In this document: piece by piece, positions 38,519 to 41,480 of the stretch
Position numbering within the stretch: position 1 is the stretch's first letter
How the letters are laid out: each line of letters opens with the position of its first letter
Source: Promethearchaeota archaeon Loki_b32
Lineage (GTDB): Archaea; Asgardarchaeota; Lokiarchaeia; Sigyniarchaeales; SOKP01
NCBI GenBank assembly: GCA_005223125.1
Contig: NJBH01000033.1
Location: 1 to 41,480 of the forward strand
Direction: 5' to 3'
DNA length: 41,480 nucleotides
Program-made: the position numbers and the translations under genes
Notes under the pieces: model-generated
Told to the model about the DNA's origin: nothing
What the model saw: only the letters and a program-made list of their open reading frames with translations
The model's database searches: none

Positions 38519-38989
38519 TTACTCAGAGATTTTCCATAACTTTCCTATTTTATTAATGAGACCCCTTTTTCTATAAGAATTTATTTTATTTTTAATCTCT
38601 CTAAAATATTTCTCATTAAAAAGACAAATTCCCTCGGTAAATCCATCTAAAATCATAGGATTTCCTTGATCAATTAAAATGTGGATTTCTTGAGGTTGAT
38701 ATAAGAAAAAATCGATAGGTAAAAGTAGTATTTCCATTTTTTCTTTAACTTCATCAATTCTATCGAAAAGTTTATCATTAACCCACTTGCCAATTAATAT
38801 AAGATCTATATCGCTCCCAACATTGAAATCCAATCGGGATCTTGAGCCAATTAAAACTGCACATATCAATTTTCCTTCTAAAAGAGAGTGTGCTTCTGAA
38901 ATGAAAGAATTTAATTCTTTCAGCTCTCTTTTATGTTTTTCAAATAGTTCTCTGTTAAATTTAATATTTTTTTGCTCCACTTTAAACAA
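38519..38989 (-). CDS. MNT nucleotidyltransferase antitoxin (start uncertain)
   Basis: LIGSRSR.D...SDIDL. Confidence 0.85.
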   Translation of the reverse strand: MFKVEQKNIKFNRELFEKHKRELKELNSFISEAHSLLEGKLICAVLIGSRSRLDFNVGSDIDLILIGKWVNDKLFDRIDEVKEKMEILLLPIDFFLYQPQEIHILIDQGNPMILDGFTEGICLFNEKYFREIKNKINSYRKRGLINKIGKLWKISE

Positions 38990-39336
38990 TCTTTAGCATT
39001 TTTTTCTGTATAATAATCATGGGGAATACCTGATACAAAAGCATCTGGATATCTTGTAGGAATATAATGTTTGTCCAACTCAATTGCACATTCCATTGGA
39101 ATTTCTAATGTTAATTGTTTTTTATTCTTTATAACCTGATTTAACAAATCTCTTAATGAATGACCAAATGGCCTTAATCCAATACTATATAAAAGTGTTT
39201 TTAATGATTTCTCTGCTACTTGGTGAGATAAAAAACATACTAATTCATATGACTTAAATCCTAAATTATTTTCCGCGCTTTCTAAATCTATTCTTGCCTG
39301 TTTTAACCATCGTGCTGCTTCTTCTGAGTTTCCCAT
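38920..39336 (-). CDS. HEPN domain toxin
   Basis: W..QA..DL, HQVAEKSLK, GHSL..L, LDKHYIPTRYPD. Confidence 0.9.
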   Translation of the reverse strand: MGNSEEAARWLKQARIDLESAENNLGFKSYELVCFLSHQVAEKSLKTLLYSIGLRPFGHSLRDLLNQVIKNKKQLTLEIPMECAIELDKHYIPTRYPDAFVSGIPHDYYTEKNAKDCLKWSKKILNLTENYLKNIKES

Positions 39337-39460
39337 TGTAAATTTTAAAATCCTTAGATTAATAATCTTTTTTTATAAGTTAACCTCGTAGAAGAAAATT
39401 ATACTTAAATTTTTATGTTTTTTTTCAGAGTTAGAAAGTGTTAATCTTGGTTTTTAATCT

Positions 39461-39982
39461 TTATTTATTGTTGATTTTTTCAATTTCTTTAAGAATTTTT
39501 GAATATAAAGTGGAGGATATCCTAAATGGAGTATTTTCTATGAGAACATGAAGAAAATTTTTACATCTTTCTATGGTAATGAATTTTAATAGTAAAGATT
39601 TAATGAGGACACCAATAGTACCAGTAACTTTTAAATCTAGTGTTCTAGCAATCTCTCGTGCTGCAAAATCATCAACGATCATGATGATCTCATCAGATTC
39701 ATCCTGTAGTTCCTTTGCTAGGGCAATAACTGATGCTTCTCCGGAATGAATATGCAATTCCTTCAATCTATTAACAAGCTGTTGATTCGTTGGTTCTTTT
39801 AATGAAAGCCAGTTTGAAAAGCATTCTTTTAAAACAGAAAATTCGGGTGCATTATCATTACTTAATACCTCCTTTTTGACGATTAAAGTGGTGTAACATT
39901 CAGAAAAGAGTTTTAGAAGTAAGGATAGCGCGCCAATTTTGCCTAGATATATCAATGGTGAAGCGTTTATGATTCCGATCAT
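39461..39982 (-). CDS. DUF3368/PIN-like toxin
   Basis: INASPLIYL, GEASVIALA, VDD.AAR..A, VTGTIGVL. Confidence 0.88.
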   Translation of the reverse strand: MIGIINASPLIYLGKIGALSLLLKLFSECYTTLIVKKEVLSNDNAPEFSVLKECFSNWLSLKEPTNQQLVNRLKELHIHSGEASVIALAKELQDESDEIIMIVDDFAAREIARTLDLKVTGTIGVLIKSLLLKFITIERCKNFLHVLIENTPFRISSTLYSKILKEIEKINNK

Positions 39983-39994
39983 TATATTTGTTAT

Positions 39995-40294
39995 TCAATC
40001 TAAAGCATATTCAATATCTTCCTTCATAGCTTGTTCATCGTACCCTGATACATTCCGCTTTTTTAATTCCTCCATCATCCTCCTCAGCGAGATTCCAGCT
40101 ATCTCCGCAGCCTTCCAAGCACTTATATCTTTTTCCCCGACTTGTTTACAAAGAACTTCAAGCATTTCCTCAGTAAGAGTTTTCTCTAATAATTGACGGA
40201 TGTAGGATGATTTATCTTTTTTTTTTAATCTTGCCATTAAGAAGCTTAACTTTTCGTCAAGATCATCATCTATTCTTACTGATAGAATTTTCAT
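39995..40294 (-). CDS. UPF0175 family antitoxin
   Basis: LSVRID RHH, ISAWKAAEIAGISLR. Confidence 0.87.
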   Translation of the reverse strand: MKILSVRIDDDLDEKLSFLMARLKKKDKSSYIRQLLEKTLTEEMLEVLCKQVGEKDISAWKAAEIAGISLRRMMEELKKRNVSGYDEQAMKEDIEYALD

Positions 40295-40370
40295 AATTGT
40301 TCTAAGTATACTAGATCATTTCTTGTATATATAATTATTTTCTTAAAATTAATTCATTTTGGTATGAAAA

Positions 40371-40418
40371 CTGTCGGGGGATACCCGATTAGATAAAATC
40401 CGTAAAATTATTGGATGT
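40371..40418 (+). repeat. Third, shortest korB 3' stub
   Basis: LSGDTRLDKIRKIIG; GATAC.CGATTAGATAAAATCC shared with 38407-38428. Confidence 0.8.
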
Positions 40419-40553
40419 CAATTCTCTCCATAACAGAATAAAATTCCTTATCATCAATTTTTAATTTTTTAATTATAACTAAAAAGTTAATTTTTAGATA
40501 AAATATTTTAATTTCTGAAAAAACATAAATATTCTGAAAACGATATATATTTT

Positions 40554-40814
40554 ATGACTATTCAAGATAAGACTGTTGTTGGAAAAAAAGGAGAAATTTT
40601 GCCAAAAAAACCATTACGAGATGCGTCCGGCATTAGACCTGGGGATGAGGTATTAATTGAAGCCCATCCAGGTGAATTAATTATAAAGAAGATTTATTCT
40701 GTCGAAGAAGCATTATCTATGCCCATCATTGCTACAGGTACTCCTGAGAATATTGAAAGAGATATTGAAAAGGAGAGAAAGGTTCAGGAGAAATTAACTA
40801 ATGAAGAACATTAA
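40554..40814 (+). CDS. AbrB/MazE/SpoVT family antitoxin (VapB)
   Basis: VGKKGEILPKKPLR...GIRPGDEV; upstream direct repeat TTCTGAAAA x2 (40513, 40532). Confidence 0.87.
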   Translation: MTIQDKTVVGKKGEILPKKPLRDASGIRPGDEVLIEAHPGELIIKKIYSVEEALSMPIIATGTPENIERDIEKERKVQEKLTNEEH

Positions 40815-41301
40815 TTCAATAATTCTCGATACAACATATGTTTTACCTCTTTTTGGTATCAAAATAGAACTTTCTCTCAAATTTGAAGAACAAATAAAAA
40901 TATTATGGAAAAATGGTATAAATGAATATAAAGTATTTCTCCCTTCAGTTTGTCTAATAGAAACTGTTTTTAAGCTTCTTAATGAATATAGAAAGAAAAA
41001 TGAATTCAATATTTTAGATAGATATCAACTGATACTCCCAACTATTTTAAATTCACCTATCGACATGTTCAATCCCGAATTAAATCCAAAAGCTAGTTTA
41101 ATAGCTTCAATTATCAGACACTCAGGTCATATGGATTTTATGGATTGCTGGATCGCAGGAGCAGCAGTTGCTCTTGAAGGTATTCTTTTAACTGAGGATA
41201 AAGACCTAGAAAAAGTTCTTAGAACAATTCCAGAAACTAAAACAGTTACCATATGGTCATGGAATAAACTAATAACTGAGACAATGAAAAAGAAGAAATA
41301 A
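40801..41301 (+). CDS. PIN domain VapC toxin
   Basis: ILDTT, ..E, DFMDC.I...A, LLTED. Confidence 0.87.
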   Translation: MKNINSIILDTTYVLPLFGIKIELSLKFEEQIKILWKNGINEYKVFLPSVCLIETVFKLLNEYRKKNEFNILDRYQLILPTILNSPIDMFNPELNPKASLIASIIRHSGHMDFMDCWIAGAAVALEGILLTEDKDLEKVLRTIPETKTVTIWSWNKLITETMKKKK

Positions 41302-41322
41302 ATATAATATGTTAAAATTATG

Positions 41323-41480
41323 TTAGAGATTAATCCTACCTATTGCTCTAAATGGTAAAGCACCATTAAATTTATCATAATCATAAAGTCTTCTTCCATC
41401 TACTAAATTCGGTGTTTTCATCAATTGCCTAAAATCATCTGGGTTTAAGGTTTTAAACTCATCCCATTCTGTAATTAATA
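41323..41480 (-). CDS. C-terminus of UDP-glucose/GDP-mannose dehydrogenase family protein (partial)
   Basis: LITEWDEFKTL...MKTPNLVDGRRLYD...AIG. Confidence 0.85.
   Translation of the reverse strand, partial: LITEWDEFKTLNPDDFRQLMKTPNLVDGRRLYDYDKFNGALPFRAIGRINL

Noticed and set aside
1605-41009. Antisense or overlapping short ORFs in the track (e.g. 1605, 2639, 6502, 6727, 8300, 8617, 11052, 11237, 11751, 11954, 14276, 15638, 15860, 22991, 24205, 25128, 25908, 28523, 29479, 30945, 31197, 32326, 35204, 38787, 39939, 40794)
   Set aside because: They are shadows of well-supported genes and carry no recognisable motifs.
22420-41322. True integron (attC cassettes), IS elements, prophage or CRISPR array in the island
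   Set aside because: No recombinase or transposase ORF, no recurring attC-like imperfect palindrome and no regularly spaced repeats were seen. The repeats are gene fragments.

Overview
This is AT-rich archaeal chromosomal DNA. The gene content points to Asgard/Lokiarchaeia (inference): fwd genes, stand-alone hdrB, an archaeal-type MtaB, many Zn-ribbon membrane proteins, a VWA-RING protein and GGTGA-type RBSs. Bases 1-22.4 kb are mostly core metabolism: MtaB, AlaX, HdrB, FdhD, an fwdG-F-D-B-C formylmethanofuran dehydrogenase operon lacking fwdA, and KorAB. The same part holds a radical SAM/SPASM + small membrane protein + methyltransferase-TPR operon and an MNT-HEPN pair. From the end of korB (22.4 kb) to a UDP-sugar dehydrogenase (41.3 kb) lies a ~19 kb variable island with no integrase or transposase. 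It carries diverged stubs of neighbouring genes (korB 3' pieces x3, ABC permease 3' end x2, Lrp 3' end x1, QueG-like 5' end x1), duplicated Lrp regulator+promoter modules with different cargo genes, and four toxin-antitoxin pairs. The most notable observations are: (1) several otherwise intact genes, including core fwdF, have no ATG/GTG/TTG at their conserved N-terminus and appear to start at ATT/ATA behind a correctly spaced RBS; (2) the island looks like polar, recombinase-free accretion anchored on gene 3' ends; (3) a portable Lrp+promoter module; (4) a candidate peptide/protein-modifying rSAM operon; (5) eukaryote-like VWA-RING and LITAF-like proteins. No rRNA, tRNA or CRISPR array was seen. 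All family assignments come from motif recognition by eye; no database searches were run.
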